64,000 nt of DNA from Camelus dromedarius (lineage: Eukaryota). Every line of letters begins with the position of its first letter. Position 1 is the stretch's first letter. Shown here in pieces: positions 12,201-25,079 of the stretch. A program made the position numbers and the translations under genes. Below the pieces are notes generated by a model. That model made no database searches. It saw nothing but the letters and a program-made list of their open reading frames with translations, and was not told the origin of the DNA. The DNA lies in contig NC_087438.1 of assembly GCF_036321535.1 (NCBI RefSeq), positions 1,056,001-1,120,000 of the forward strand, written 5' to 3'.

Positions 12201-14729
12201 GGGCCAGGGACCCCGCCCTGGACAGGGTCTGAGTGCCGCCGGCCGGCCCCTGACCCAACGCCAGCGTCCGTCTTACTGCCTGTTCTGGGTGCAGCCCCGA
12301 GACAGCTGGCTGTTCGACTCTGTATGGATGAGAGTGAAGCAGGGGGCTGTCGGCCACTGGAGTCTTACCACGGGGACCAGAATGAGCAATGTGGCCCGGA
12401 GGGGATGGGACGGGACAGGCGAGAGGGCTGGGTGGAGGCAGGGACCTGGGAGACGGTACTGGCGGTGGTGAGCCCTGGACCTGGTTGCTGGGAAACTCTG
12501 CAGGGTCGGTGGTCAGCCCCTTTGAAGCCCACGCCTGGCTTGGTCCCAACGATTTGGGAGCTGGTTTTACCCCACGGTCTACACGGGACGCGGGGTCTGC
12601 CAGGCGGAGCCTGCTCCCTGCTCTCCTCGCCGAGTACCCGGGCCTCACGGTCCCACGTAGACGCGGGCCTGGCACGGCCTGGACCCTGAAGACATGCAGA
12701 AGGGCCTGCGAAGTGGGATCACTGGGACCCCGGGGAGCGGGTGGGAAGAGGCCAGGACTGACCGCACCCTCAAGGACACGCTCCGGTGTCTGCCGAGTTC
12801 TGACCTCGAGTTCCTAGAAAGCGTCCATCGCCACTGCCTTCCTGGAGCCAGTTTTCTTGACAAGGCTTGTCAGCGTCAAGGAGAACTAATTGCGAAGATG
12901 TGTGTAAAGAAACAATTGGAAACCCTGGTCAAGGCTCTGCGCCGAGTGAGGCCCTCACGCGTGACTTCCGTTTTCCTCAGCCTCCTTCGCGCTTCCCCAG
13001 TTTTCAGCAGAAGTGTCTGTAGTAACAATTGGGAATAATCTGAAAGGAGAGACGGAGTTGCCGTCACCCCAGGACGCATTTACGGTGGGACATCTGTCAC
13101 CGGTGGAGCCGCGCAGAAACCGGGAGGGACCTGGGCGGCAGGGGCGGGTGGGGGTGGGACTTACATGCTCGCCCTTTCAGGCACAGAGAGTAGTGACGAG
13201 GTCAGGCGGGCAAGGTCAAAGGACAGTGACGTTTGCAGGATGACCCGGAGCCATCCGTCGAGCTGTCAGTGCGGGTGGGGGTGCGACGAGTGAGGAAGAG
13301 GGGGTGGCCGGACTGACGGGAGCCCACTGACCCCATCACCTCCCCAACCGCCCGGGCATCTCCAGGGCGGGCGGCTGGAGGCAGGGGTGACCCAGACGGC
13401 CTGGGAGGAGTCTGGCCTGTGGGGGGGACCTGCCTGGGGACCCGCCTGGGAGGAAGCGGCCCCCTCTTCCCCTATGGGGCTTCTGGATCGCCAGAGAGGC
13501 GCTGTCTGTCTGCCTGCACTTCCCTCCTCCTCTTCTCCGTTTAGCCGTCCTCCCATTTACATGAATGTCAATGTGGAGAGTGAAATGCACCCGGTGGTGC
13601 TGCTTCCTGCTAAACCCTCAAGTTCAGACCGATTACCTGCGTCAGGAAAGGGCCGAGCATCAGGAAGCAGTGGGTCTGACTGTGGGCGTCACCAATGCTG
13701 AGAGCGTCAAACGCCGAGGAGTGTGGTGGCTTTTTCCTGGTCACCTGCGGAGAAACCTGTCCCCATGGAGGGTCCCCATGGAGGGTCCCACATCTGGGAG
13801 ACCCGTCCCAGTACCTGTGCATGGGGGCTGTCGGCCTGGTCACTTCATGGAAAGAGAAGGAGATAGTAGGTTGTTGGGTAAGGTTTTGGGGTGACATCCA
13901 GATGTGGGGAGCAGTGTGCAGTGGGAGGTGTCCACCGGGTCACCCAGCCTCCTATGCAGTCCTCGTGCCCAAAACTTCCTGGCCTGCCCGCACCCGCACA
14001 CCTGCCCATACCCGCAGACCTGCCCTGCCTCTGGCCCCCGCACCACGGCTGCCTGGTGGCAGGCTGCAGCTCTGCGCACCTGCACTTGTGGCCCAGTGGC
14101 CTCGCCCACAGGCAGCTTGTGTGGCACAGTCACCGAGGTCCCGTGCTCTCCCTCAGGGACGGGGAGCAGGCTCCGTCAGGGTCCCCAGAGGGCTGTGATT
14201 TTTGGCGAGGACGACACGGACCTGCTCACGGGCCACAGGGTGCGGCCGGCGTCCTCCCCCACCCCGTGCTTTCGGGAGGCGGCACGCAGCACCCCTCTCT
14301 GCCCCAGGCATGGGGGTTTCTCTGCACCTGCTGGGCTGACGCCCGAGGCAGAGAGCGGCCTGCTCTGTGGCTGAGGGCCCTGGCTCTGCTGGCCACCGGG
14401 ACGTGAGCTTTGTGGGTCAGAGGGTCAGTTGAGGCTCCCCAGGAGACCCCTGTGGTTAAGACCAAAGGGAGCACTTGGTGGGGACCCTGGTGGGCTGAGC
14501 CCGACCCCGCCGGGTTCCCCGAAGCAAACTCTCTCTGTGCAGAGCGCCCGGCCTCCTTGCAAGGTGGGGTGCTGGTGAGCCCCACGCTGCAGCCAGTTCC
14601 CTTCCACCGGGCTGCCTCATCCTCTGCACACTTGACTTTCTGGGTCCTGGCCCCCCCGCCCCCGGCGGGGCCATTGGCTTCGGCCACGTGCCTCTCCAGC
14701 GGGCCCAGGGCTGCTCCACACACAGCTGC

Positions 14730-15000
14730 AAGTGGAGTGGCCGGAAGCAGCCGAGATGTGCCTCCCGGGCCTGGACGCAGGGGGCCTGAGCTCGTCAGGG
14801 GGCCGCTTCACCCTGAGGCCTCTCTCCGGGCGTGCAGACGCCGCCTCGCCCTGTGTCCCCACACGGCCGGCCCTCTGTGCCTGTCTGTGTCCAGAGCTCC
14901 TCTTCTCAGGACTCCAGTCGCATGGGATCAGCCCACCCTGGGGCCTCATTTTAGGACGACTCCCTCTGTAAAGACACAGCTCCAAAGAGGCCACTCCGTC
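14730..15000 (-). mobile_element. Decayed MLT1 LTR fragment
   Basis: ctgtgtccaga..tcctcttct.aggac.ccagtc..atgggat...cccaccct...cctcatttt...ctctgtaaagac. Confidence 0.5.
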
Positions 15001-18000
15001 CCTTGGCACCGCCTCCTCTGCCCTCTGGGGCCCAGCCCCGCCCGGCCCGGTTAGCAGGGCCGCCCCCGCGGGCGGGATTGCAAGCGAGCCAGCGACGTGC
15101 AGCGGCCCCTGTGAACCTGGGAGCTTCACCAGGTGCCGGCCTCCCTGGGGACATCTGGTGGGCCTTACCACTGGGCATAGAGAGAAGTGCACTCCCAGAT
15201 CTCAGGGACATTTTGGTAACAAGGGACGTGTGGATTTTTTTCCACTAAAGGATGTGCTGATTTTCCTCCCGAGTTCACGGTGACCTCATCCTCCTCCCCG
15301 CCCCCGCGTTCTCCGTGAGCCACAGGGGAAGTGGGCGGGGGTTCGATGGGGATCACCACCCCGCGTCTCGCAACATCTTAGCCGTCTGGTCCTGGCAGGC
15401 CCTCCCACCGCAGAATGACCTTGGACGACCTCGGTTACATCTTGGTGGGAAATGCTGGGTCTCAGTCACCCCTTGGCCTTTCCTGCGTTCTCACCCTCGC
15501 TGCCGAGTCTGGGCAGCACCTGCACCCTGGCCCCCGGGGAGCCCCTGCAGGGTGGACTCGGGGGCAGAGCCCACCAGAGGCAGCCTGGCTGCAGCCCGCA
15601 CGCTACGTGCCTGCCTCCCTGAGCCCCTGCCCTGGCCGTGTGTCCTGGGTTTCCAGGAATTAGGGTCTGGAATCACCAAGAGGCCTGGGTCTGTCCTCGC
15701 ACAGGGCACAGTCGCCATGGTAATGGCCCCGAATGGTCCCTTTCGGGACGGCTGGGGAGGAGACTTGCAGCAGAAACTCCTGTCGGCGCAGCAGTGTCTG
15801 CTCCGGGGGACCAGCCTCCCCTCCGTGGAAGGGTCCCAGGCCCCAGAGCTGGCTCCAGCGGGTGCTGGTCAAGGCGCCACGATTCAAGTCCACCCTCAGC
15901 TTCCCAGGCCTGCAGGCTGCTTTGCATTGTTTTAATCTATTTTTTGTTTTTTGCTTTTGTCCCTTTTATGATACAAATCAAGTAAGACTTGTGTATTTGA
16001 GTCGTAGGAACATTGAGTCAAGAGTCAGTGGTGTCGGCAGAGGTCTCTGTGGCCAGGCCATGTTTGGGCCGCCCTGCCACCCACTGGGGTCCCACACCCA
16101 CCCCATCTCTGGGGCCAAGACCTGCCCTTGCCCGGCCACCCTGGGACCCACATCATGCTGATGGCCACGCCTCTCGTGGTCGCCGGCAGCCTGCAGGGAC
16201 TGGCTGTGGCAGAGTCGGGGAGAACAGTGTCCTCTCTTCGTTGTGGTTCCTCCCAGCCACGTGGAGGGACGTTCTCTGGACTCTGGAGGGAACGGCACAC
16301 ACAGTAAATGCATCCCTGCACCACCGGTCTCTCCCCAGGCGTTCGGGCCCTTTCCTGCCGGTGTTCTGATCTCATTCAACGCAGGCAACCTCCAGTCCAT
16401 TTCCTTCGGCCAACTGAGAACTTGGAGTTGCTCTCAGCCGCTCAAACAGATGCCACGAGGCCAGGACACAGCATCCAGCAACCACGCCGTCCATGCGCGT
16501 GAAGCCGCACTGCGTGCCTCCCCGCCGGGCACGGGCCCCAGGCGGCCGTCGGTAACTGTAGTCTCGCGCTCTCTGGGTTCAGGTCCGTCCTCCTGGCCGC
16601 AGCCTGCACCTGACCCTGGGGACCCTGAAGATTTGAGGCTGGTTCTCGGTTTCACACTGATGAGAGGTTCTTTCAGGCAAGCAGGGTGCAGACGGGAGGG
16701 TAGGGAGAGACGCCCGGAGCCGCTGGAGGACGCAGCCTCCTCTTGCTGGACTCTGCCTCCCGGCTGCTCCCCGGGCCCTGCCTTGTCCGTCAGGGGCCCT
16801 GCAGGGCTGTTAGTCCAGCCGCATTGTGAGTCGCCTGGCCTGTGGCAGGCCTGGCTCGTGACTCTGGTTTCCAGGAATTATGACCTTTCAGCTACTGACA
16901 ATAAGGACTTCTTTCGGGCCCACACAGAGGCTCTCCGGAGGGCCCCCAGGAGCTCCAGGGCAGGATTCAGCGCCCGGGGCTGTGAGCGTCCAGTCCCTGT
17001 GCTCTGCAAGCCACCCTGGGAGCGCAGCGGCCCCGGGTCACCAGAGCCTCTGGGAAGCCGGCACCAGGCTCCAGATGACCACTGGTGATGGCCAGGAATG
17101 ATCCTGTCCCCCTGAGCGAGAGCCTTCCCATGGCAACCGAGCCTTTAAGCCTCTCGGTCTCATCAGACTGGGGAACTCACTCTTGTCCTGGAGCTTGTCC
17201 GCTGGACGAGCCACTGGGCCAATGATCCTGTGGACCGGGGGCTCCATGAAGGGTCCGTGGAGGAGGGGAGGGGGCTTCTGTCGCCCGGATCCCAGAGGCT
17301 GGCACACCCTGAGGTCCGTCGTCACTCGTCAGGGTGTCAGCCTGCTGGGCCCCTCGACGGTCTGGAAGTCGGGGCTCCCCACCTCAGGAGCACCCCAATC
17401 TGGACCCTGCCGGGCTGGTGGGTGCACAGGTGATGCCCCGTCCAGCCAGGGCCAGGGTGGGCGGCGCGGCTCCTCCAGTCCGAGGCCGACCTCTTTCCGT
17501 CCTGCTTCCGGAGACTTGAGCCCCCAGACCCTCCGATCCTGCATAGCCCTGCGCGGCGTTTGGATGAAGCGCTGATTTGACAGCGACGTGTCCTAAAGCT
17601 CCGACACCCTGGGCCAGGCCAGATGGAGCCCGGCTGTCGCACTGGATGAGGGGACGGCTGCTCGGCCGTGCACACAGGCTGGTGGCCCCGAGCGGCAGTG
17701 ACTTGTGGGGCTGGACGGGTTGCTGAGGTCCGATGGCCATCACTGCCTCCTTGACACCCTGTCTAGTTGAACATGCAGATCCCAGGGAGGCAGCATCTGG
17801 TGCTGCGAACGGCTGGTGGCCCTTTACAGCGAGCACATCAATGATGTCCCGTGCAGAGCGCACTTGGTGAGGGGCGGCCCTGCGAAGCTGGGAGGCTCGT
17901 GGGCAGTCCTGCTCATTGGCGCTGCCCGGGCCCAGGGGCCACAGTGATGGCAGGTCCGCAGGAACCGCCGTGGGTTCCTCTCCACGTCCGTGACACGGTC

Positions 18001-18744
18001 ACTTCTTGTTTTCTAGAGGGAGAGAGGTCAGACAAACGTGCAAAGTAAAGGCAAAGCTGTGGTGAAGGAGTCCAGCCTTGGCTTTGACACAACCGTCTAG
18101 AAAACACCTGCGCCGTTTGCCCTTCTCTGTAGCAGCCCCTGCACTTAAAGGGCGCGTGCTTCTGCGTGCAAGCATCTGTTTACTTCTTTGCACTTCACCC
18201 CTCATGAAAGAATGGCATCTCACAACCCTGCAACTGCACTGTCCCCCGAGGTCCACCCTCAGGGTCCCAGAACCGGGCGCAGGCCGGGTCCCGGTGGAAG
18301 TGTCGGGCGTGGGTTGTCAGCTTGCAGAGGATGGAAGCCGGTGGGGGAGGATGCAGGGCCCCCATCTCTGTGATCCGCTTCTGGCTCAGCAAAATCTATT
18401 TTATAGACAAGGACAGCATTTTAAAGTGGACTTCACGGTGGGTGCAGGTCTGGGGACAAGAGAAGCTGCCTGTCTTCATCCTGTTTCCCAATGTCACAGA
18501 TTTATCTGTTTCCCCAAGTAGGTCTGCTTATGTCACAGACACTCAAGATGAGGACGTTGCGCTAATTGAGGGAAGGAAATGTTACATGTCAAGGACAATG
18601 ACTTATTTCGTACTTGAAACGGGAGGAATGAAATGAATGGCGTCTGATTTCCAGCAGCACATGAAGGAAAACAAAATAACACATGGCTTGTGTGGTCGGA
18701 GGCGGGGGCTCTGCAGACCCCAGGGTGACAAGTCAGACAGCTCC

Positions 18745-18935
18745 TGACACACACACATACATACACACACAGAGCTCCTCTCACACACACACAATTCCTT
18801 ACACACACATGCAGACACACATATACACACAGACACACACACAATTCTTACACACACATGCACACACAGCTCCTCACGCACACATACACACACGTACACA
18901 CACATACAAAATACCACACACACACACACACACAC
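18745..18935 (+). repeat. Interrupted (CA)n microsatellite with repeated acagctcct/acaattc spacers
   Basis: Seen directly. Confidence 0.9.
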
Positions 18936-21900
18936 GGCCCCTCCCAGCGCCCCTGAAGCCGCCCCACAGTGGCTGGATGACAGAAACAGGTGAAAAGCTG
19001 CAAATCCTCTGATAACCCTGGGCCGGCAGTGGTGGGCGAGGAGCGGTTCAGGAACCAGATAAGAAGGGAGTGCCCGTCCCGCCAGGCCCACGAGGAATGT
19101 GGAGCGGAGGGCTGGCTGGCGGTCACCCGAGGCTCTGGGCCCTCAGGGGACACAGCCGGCCTGCAGAGGTGTGGCTCCAACGGCCCACTGGGCAGGCGCA
19201 TGGTTGTGGTCCTGTCCCCGCGGGCTAGACTGCTCCTCCGCAGGCGAAAATTCTAGGCTAGATTATTCCTGAAAAACGAAGCAAACCGGAGCGAGAGCAC
19301 TCGTCTCACCGTCTCCTCGCCTTTCACGCTGAGCGGGACGGAGCGACGTCTGCAGCCAGCCTCACTCGGCCTCCACGTCCCCTCCCATCCTCAGCCACCT
19401 CCAGCCGCCCCCACCCCAAGAAGGTGGCCAGCTCTGCGGACAGAGGAGAAACGCCCTGAGGCCAAAGGGGAGGAGGAACCCCTAGGTCACCGCCACTTCC
19501 CACCCCGGCTGCTTTCCTGGGTCCTGTGGGCCGGCCTGCCCTGCACAGAGCCCAGGGGGGCACACAGCGCTCCTGCCCTCCCCCAGGACCCCGCACGGGT
19601 AGAGCCCTGGCCTTCCTCAGGGCCCAGTGCCCCTCGCCGACCAGCCGCAGGCACCCTCCTCAAGGCCCGGCATCGTCCCTGGAGCAATCCCCAGGTGCTG
19701 CCTGCCCCCACCCCCGCCCCGTGGTACGTCTAACAGCGCACACAACCAATTTTCACTACACAAGTGCCACGTGGGGAGGCCAGGTGTGGCCCCCACATTT
19801 TGGAGTTCCCCCGGTCCTGGGTGGTCCATTCCCCTTGCAGGGCCCCATGTTCACAAGGACGAGGCCGCCAGAGGAAGACGCAGGAGCTTCATCTTATCCT
19901 ACTGGACAGACAGGAGACCCACAGACCCACAGAAGCGGGGGTGACCCCACTGCCCCCTGCAGGGGCTCTGGCCACCTCGAGAGGGGCCTTTGACCTGAGT
20001 GTGCATTCTGCCGACCGCCCTGTCCCAAAGGGTCTGTCCCCGGCGCCTGGGCACCATCGCGGATGTCAGACCCACCTACTCGCCTGAGGTAACTTCCGTC
20101 TGCTGCAAAGCTGGGGCTGGTGTTCAGGCTGATGATCTTGAACTTGGGCTGAAGTCCCTTGAAGCAGGTCTCCATCATCAAATTCATGAATTAGGCCCCA
20201 TTTGCAGCTGGACTGTGAATGGGCATCACCTGTGCAACGGGACAGGCCCTGCTCCCTGCTGGTGAGGCCACCGCGGCCCCTCGGGGTGTCGAGGGTGGGG
20301 AGGATGGCAGGAGGCCCCGCGTCTGGCCTCGTGGCGGCAGTGTGTTCTTGAATTCCAGGTGGCGGTCTGAGGGGTGTACTAGAACTCTGGGGTGCTGGCA
20401 GGGTGGGGGCCGGGCGGGGCTGGGAGGGCGCTAGTCCCACCACCCCAGTGCACCACCGTCCAGGGCACCACAGGGCTGTGTGGCCAGAGCCCCTGCCCGA
20501 CTGGAAGAACGTGCTCGGCCCTCGGCCCACAGCTCCTGGGGGACAGGCGGGGGCCACCTCACCTGCTGTCTCCCTGCCACACGGCGAGGCCACACTGCCT
20601 CCTCTTCCCTCCTTCCCCAGCTCAACCACCATCAAGGGGGATGCCCCTCTCCTCCAGATGCCTGCACCCCAGGGGCCAGTGACAGCCCTGGACTCCACAG
20701 GCCTCCCCTCTGCCCTCCCCCACACAAAGCCCTCTGCAGGTGCCGGCGTGCCCACCCAGCTCCCCCCTCGGGGATCTCTGAGCCCCCGGGGCCCCGCGTG
20801 CCCTCCCGTCTTCACCTCTGCCCCCTCTGTCCTGCTGTGAGGGAGACGCTGCCCTCTGCCCCCGAGCGCCCACACACAGGGCTGGGCCAACTGGCACCAG
20901 CAGGAGCTCTCCGCAGCCGCGCGTGTGCATGTGTGTGCGTGCAAAGAAGTGAGCAGGTGTGTGCCTGGGGGGACTCGTGCCTGGACATGCTTGTGAGGTA
21001 GGAGGTCGCCTCCTCCGGAGTTGCCCCCTCCCTCCAGCCATTCACACCGCCAAGCCTTCCCCAGAGCTGCTGCTTTTTCCAGGGACAGCTCCGCAGCTGC
21101 AGGGGCCGGGACCGTCTCCTCCTGCCCCCTCCACTCACTCTGCACCTCTCCCTGCCTGCCACCTGCCGCGGGGATGGCGCTGAGCCACGGGCACATTACA
21201 CCTGCCAGAGGCCGACTCCCCTGAGCCTCAAGCAAACTCCCCTCGCATGGGCCATCCTAAGTGGGGCGCCAAGTCTGTGGGGCCGTCAGGAAGGCACCTT
21301 GGTGAGGTCAGGGTGCCCATCAGGTGCCTGGGTTGATCCCGGCACGGATGTGACGTGCACAGGAACGCTGCAACCCCTCCACCGACTCAGCGTCGGAGCT
21401 TGGTCCGCAGGCAGCATCCAAGTGTGCCCCGTGTCCCACTCCCAGAAGTGCTCTGAATTTGACCAGCTTGTCTAGGAGCCTTCTTGACGCAGGACTCATG
21501 TGCCATGTCCAGTTAGGTCCCTAGAGATGTGAAGTCGTCGCATGGAAACCACCTTTCCTCTTGTCCTTTGGTTTCTTTCTGCGGCCTTCATTCTGGTGGG
21601 TTACGGGCTATCTTCCCCGACCCCTGAGCACCCCGAGCCAGGGAACCTCACAGACTGAAGTGAGCAGCCCACGTGCCTGCGCCAGCCCTGCCTGAGCAGC
21701 GCGGGACCTCCGCCCCAGGGGAGCGGCAAACGGCTTGATGCTACTCCTGTTCACTGGTCCCCCAGGATTTCTCCAGTCAGGCCCTTGGTGACCCTGCCCC
21801 TGCTCCCACCCCAGCACATGTCCCTGGTTAAAACGAGCACTGTCCCCTCCAGTACCCTGGCCTCTGGACCAGGCCCTGCCTCCGCCTTGGATACGCTCTC

Positions 21901-23859
21901 CCCTCGCACTCTGTCTGTCAAGCTCTCACCTCTCTCTGAGACCCAGCTGAGCACCCTCCCTGCTCACCGCAGCCTGTGAGCATCACTGCAGAGGGAACCA
22001 GCAAAGCAGGGAGGCGGACAAGACAGGTGTGTGCCAACCGGCAGGTAGGGCCCTCCCTGCTCTCCCCCAGCCCCGGGCTGTGTCGTCTCGTCTGCCCTGC
22101 ACCCTGAGCTGTCTGCAGGGTCCCGGGTGGGCAGCGCTCAGCACCTCTCGTGCCTCGCAGGGCCCCCTTCGAGCCCTGCACCACTGGGAAGTGGGGCTTC
22201 CCACAAAGATTGTGCACAGGACTCCATCAGCTCACCCTTCGCTGATCTGACGAGATGAACCTGACTACGATGCATGTAAAATAATGCAAAGATTGGAGAA
22301 ACCAAGGCGGAAAATGCTAGGCTGATACCCGTCCTCCTGGCCCGCACCTGCCCTTCTGACGGCCACACCTCTGCCTCTTTGTCACTGTCTCCACGAGGCT
22401 ACAGAGTCGCTGTGCCACGTGTGCAGTCCTGCTGGGTCTGGTCTCCATCTCCACATGAACAACGACGGAAGTCGGGCGTCATCCAGCTCCTTCTCTGGGA
22501 GGGCCCCGGAATGACCACGTCTCTGTAATGGACACAGAATCGCGACGCGCCAGGTTCAGGCAAAGATCAGAAACACCCTCTGTCTGACATCTGACGCTCC
22601 GGGGACCCAGCGTCACCAAGGCTCTCATCGTACCCGGTGGAGCTCCCGTGGCCCGAAGTCCGTCCTCACCCTCGGTGTGGACGTTGTTGGGGGAGCAGCA
22701 GGCTGGCCGGGGCGGCCGGGGGAGCCTCCTCTGACCCCGGGATGGTGAGACAGGCCTCTCACTTCTTAAAGCCCAGAGTGGACTTGGCTGACTCCTGAGA
22801 GCCTTCAAGGAGCTCATCCTCCTCAGCAGAAAAGTGGAGAACGTTCTGGGCCTGTCTGGTCCTGAGACTCCGCCTTCACCCCAGGAGCCAGAGGCCTTTG
22901 GCAAAAGGCATTTTTTTCCACAAGCATTTTTTGGAAAGTTGATGTTGGACGGCAGCCCCTCCCCTCACCAGACTTCTTCCTCCCTCCTGCTGGCCTCCCC
23001 CCACCTCCCTTCCTTCCTGCCGGCCTCTCTCCCTGCAGGTCTCTTTGTCTTGGCTCCCTTCCAAGAGGGCCTGAGGCCGGGGTCAGGTGGAAAGGTCACG
23101 ATGCTTCCTTCTCTGGGCTGGGCCGCTTTCACCTGGTGCGTCCCTGGGGAGGGGCTTTCCAGCTTCTTCAACTCAGTGGCACCAGTGGAACAAATGCTCT
23201 GGCCAGCATCGCCATGAGGGACACGGCCGACCCCAGACAGGGCTTTCGCAGCACAGCACTCGGGAGGGCGCGTCTCCCAGATGGACTGCAGCGCGCTGGC
23301 ACCGGTGCAGGGAGCGAGCCGGGACCCCTCCGCAGCCGCACCAGCTCCAAAGACGCTGTGGTTTGAGGGCTGCTCACAGCTTCTCACACCCCCCATATTA
23401 ATGGTGGCCCCCGCCCCTACCCTGGCCCAGGCTGTTGCTTTGCTTGGAGGCCCGTCCACTGTGGGTGCCTGCAACCTGGGCCTCGCACCCACTAGAGAGG
23501 CTGCCGACGACGTGGCCAGCTCGACGTAGGCGGGGGAGGGTAGGGGATGGGCAGCCTCAGTTTCCCTTAATCTGCTGTCAGCTGATTTAGGAGCGCCTGC
23601 CTCCGCATGGGCAAGCGGAAGAATCCTTCTGCGGGAAGGGATGGAGCCCTGGAAGGTCTTGCTGCTTCTCTTTCTTCTGTTCGCTTTAGGAGAGCGCGGG
23701 AGCCACAGAGAGGGGGCAGGAATGGAGCTGCAGGATGCAGAGCGACAGAGAGACCCAGCAGGAGGAGAGAGACTGCGGGCGGAGGGAAGAGGGAGAGAGC
23801 GGCGGCCAGGTGTCCGCAGCCCCGGGAAGAGCCGGGGCATGAATCCGTGCACAATCTCC

Positions 23860-24350
23860 AGAGATGGCCACTTTAAATCTTAATTGGTTGCCTTTTAAAT
23901 ATCATTTAAGGGCTGGCTTCCCTGCCTCTCTCTCTAGTTAAGAAAGTGTCGTGTCAAACTCCATTACCTTGCTAGACGTCGCTCCCTTCGGTTAAAAAGA
24001 AAAAAAAAAAGGGAAAAAGGGGAAAAAAAAGAAAGAGAAAGAAGAAAGAAAAAAAATGGAGCCATCAGCGGCAGTTGGAGGGTCGATAAAGCTTTTAGAT
24101 TCGGAGACGGTTTCCGGGAGCCCATTTCCCGCGGCTAAGAGCTGTTAATGGTGCTTAAGGAATTATCTGAGCCGGCCGGCGGGAGAGCCGTATATTTCCC
24201 GCGCCTGTTCCCTGTCGGGTCTGGATACGCCGCTGTCAGACTCGCTTAATGAAAAGTAACGCGCCGCTGATTACAGTTTTATTTGGGCCCTATGTAAAGA
24301 GCGCCGTTAATTTAGCATCCCCTCCTTGGTGTGTTTGAATTTGCCACGCC
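23860..24350. promoter_or_regulatory. Candidate conserved non-coding element (enhancer) 3' of IRX4
   Basis: Non-repetitive AT-rich island in GC-rich background with TAAT/ATTA cores, GATA sites (24085, 24163) and CTGTCA 24233; conservation itself not testable here. Confidence 0.6.
23994..24057 (+). repeat. Pure purine (A/G) tract
   Basis: aaaaagaaaaaaaaaaagggaaaaaggggaaaaaaaagaaagagaaagaagaaagaaaaaaaa. Confidence 0.9.
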
Positions 24351-25079
24351 TGAACGGCTGAGAGCCTCGGTCCCCAGCGCTCCTCTCTGACAGCCTCCCC
24401 GGGAGGGAAGTGGGGCCCCGCTGCACGGACAGCGACCTTTCCCCGCAGCCACCACTCCTAAAATTCACGCTGTGGTCCCCTCATCCCTGCCGCGTGAGGA
24501 TCGGCCGGAGGGTGGGTGAGAGTTTCTCCAGGATCCTTCCAGAGGGTGTAAAAGGAGCTGGGTCCAAGTGACAGCCCCACCTTTGGAGGCATCCTTTGGG
24601 GCGATTCGCCCCTGTGGTTTGGCTGAATCCTCCCTCCCCACTTGACATCTTCATTTTACATCATTTTTCAGTTTAATCAAATAAACCCTTTCAGTTGGCC
24701 AGTTCCACCAAGATCCGGAGGCTCCGGCAAAGTGGGATTCTGACAGCCCGGTCTGCAGGGACAGGCGGGGCCACCATGCCGCAGCGATGGCTGGAGCCTG
24801 AGGTCCCCAGGGCAACACGCTCTGGCAGCGGGAGCCCTCTGGGCTGGGGGCCGGCTCCGGGAAGGGCCTGCTCTGGAAGGATCTGGAGTCAGATCCAACC
24901 GGGTCCGCAGCGCGAGCCTGGCCACCCTCGGCCCACAGCCTGGGGCCCCGCAGAGGCCCAAGCCTGGAGTTTTCATCTCCACAGCCTCTCCTGTGCTTCG
25001 TCAAGCCCCCTGCGTCAGAGAAGCCTTGCTTTTGCTGAAAATGCCTGGCTTTGTCTGGGGCTGGGTGGGGGCGCGCTTG

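Larger units (their letters stand above)
11100..22895 (-). pseudogene. Candidate decayed multi-exon gene of unknown identity (exon-like segments 22895-22763, 21520-21298, 20229-20084, 17879-?, ?-15169, 13842-13637, 13039-?, 11400-?)
   Basis: Polypyrimidine-AG acceptors and GT/GC donors on one strand, phase-compatible junctions, protein-like translations with in-frame stops and a 13-bp frameshifting duplication; no homolog recognised. Confidence 0.38.

Noticed and set aside
12694..13038. Protein-like plus-strand ORF (TLKDTLRCLPSSDLEFLESVHRH...)
   Set aside because: No clear plus-strand acceptor, while a very strong minus-strand acceptor sits at 13040-13041; treated as the antisense reading of the candidate relic exon, though not fully excluded.
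20066..21235. 389-aa minus-strand ORF
   Set aside because: Composition is a GC artefact; the exon-like part at 20084-20229 reads better in a different frame.
11100..22895. Idea that the relic exons are Sowah (the ankyrin-repeat gene ancestrally linked to Irx clusters) or an MMP2 paralog
   Set aside because: No ankyrin TPLH-type repeats, and no HExxH or hemopexin motifs, in the translations I read.
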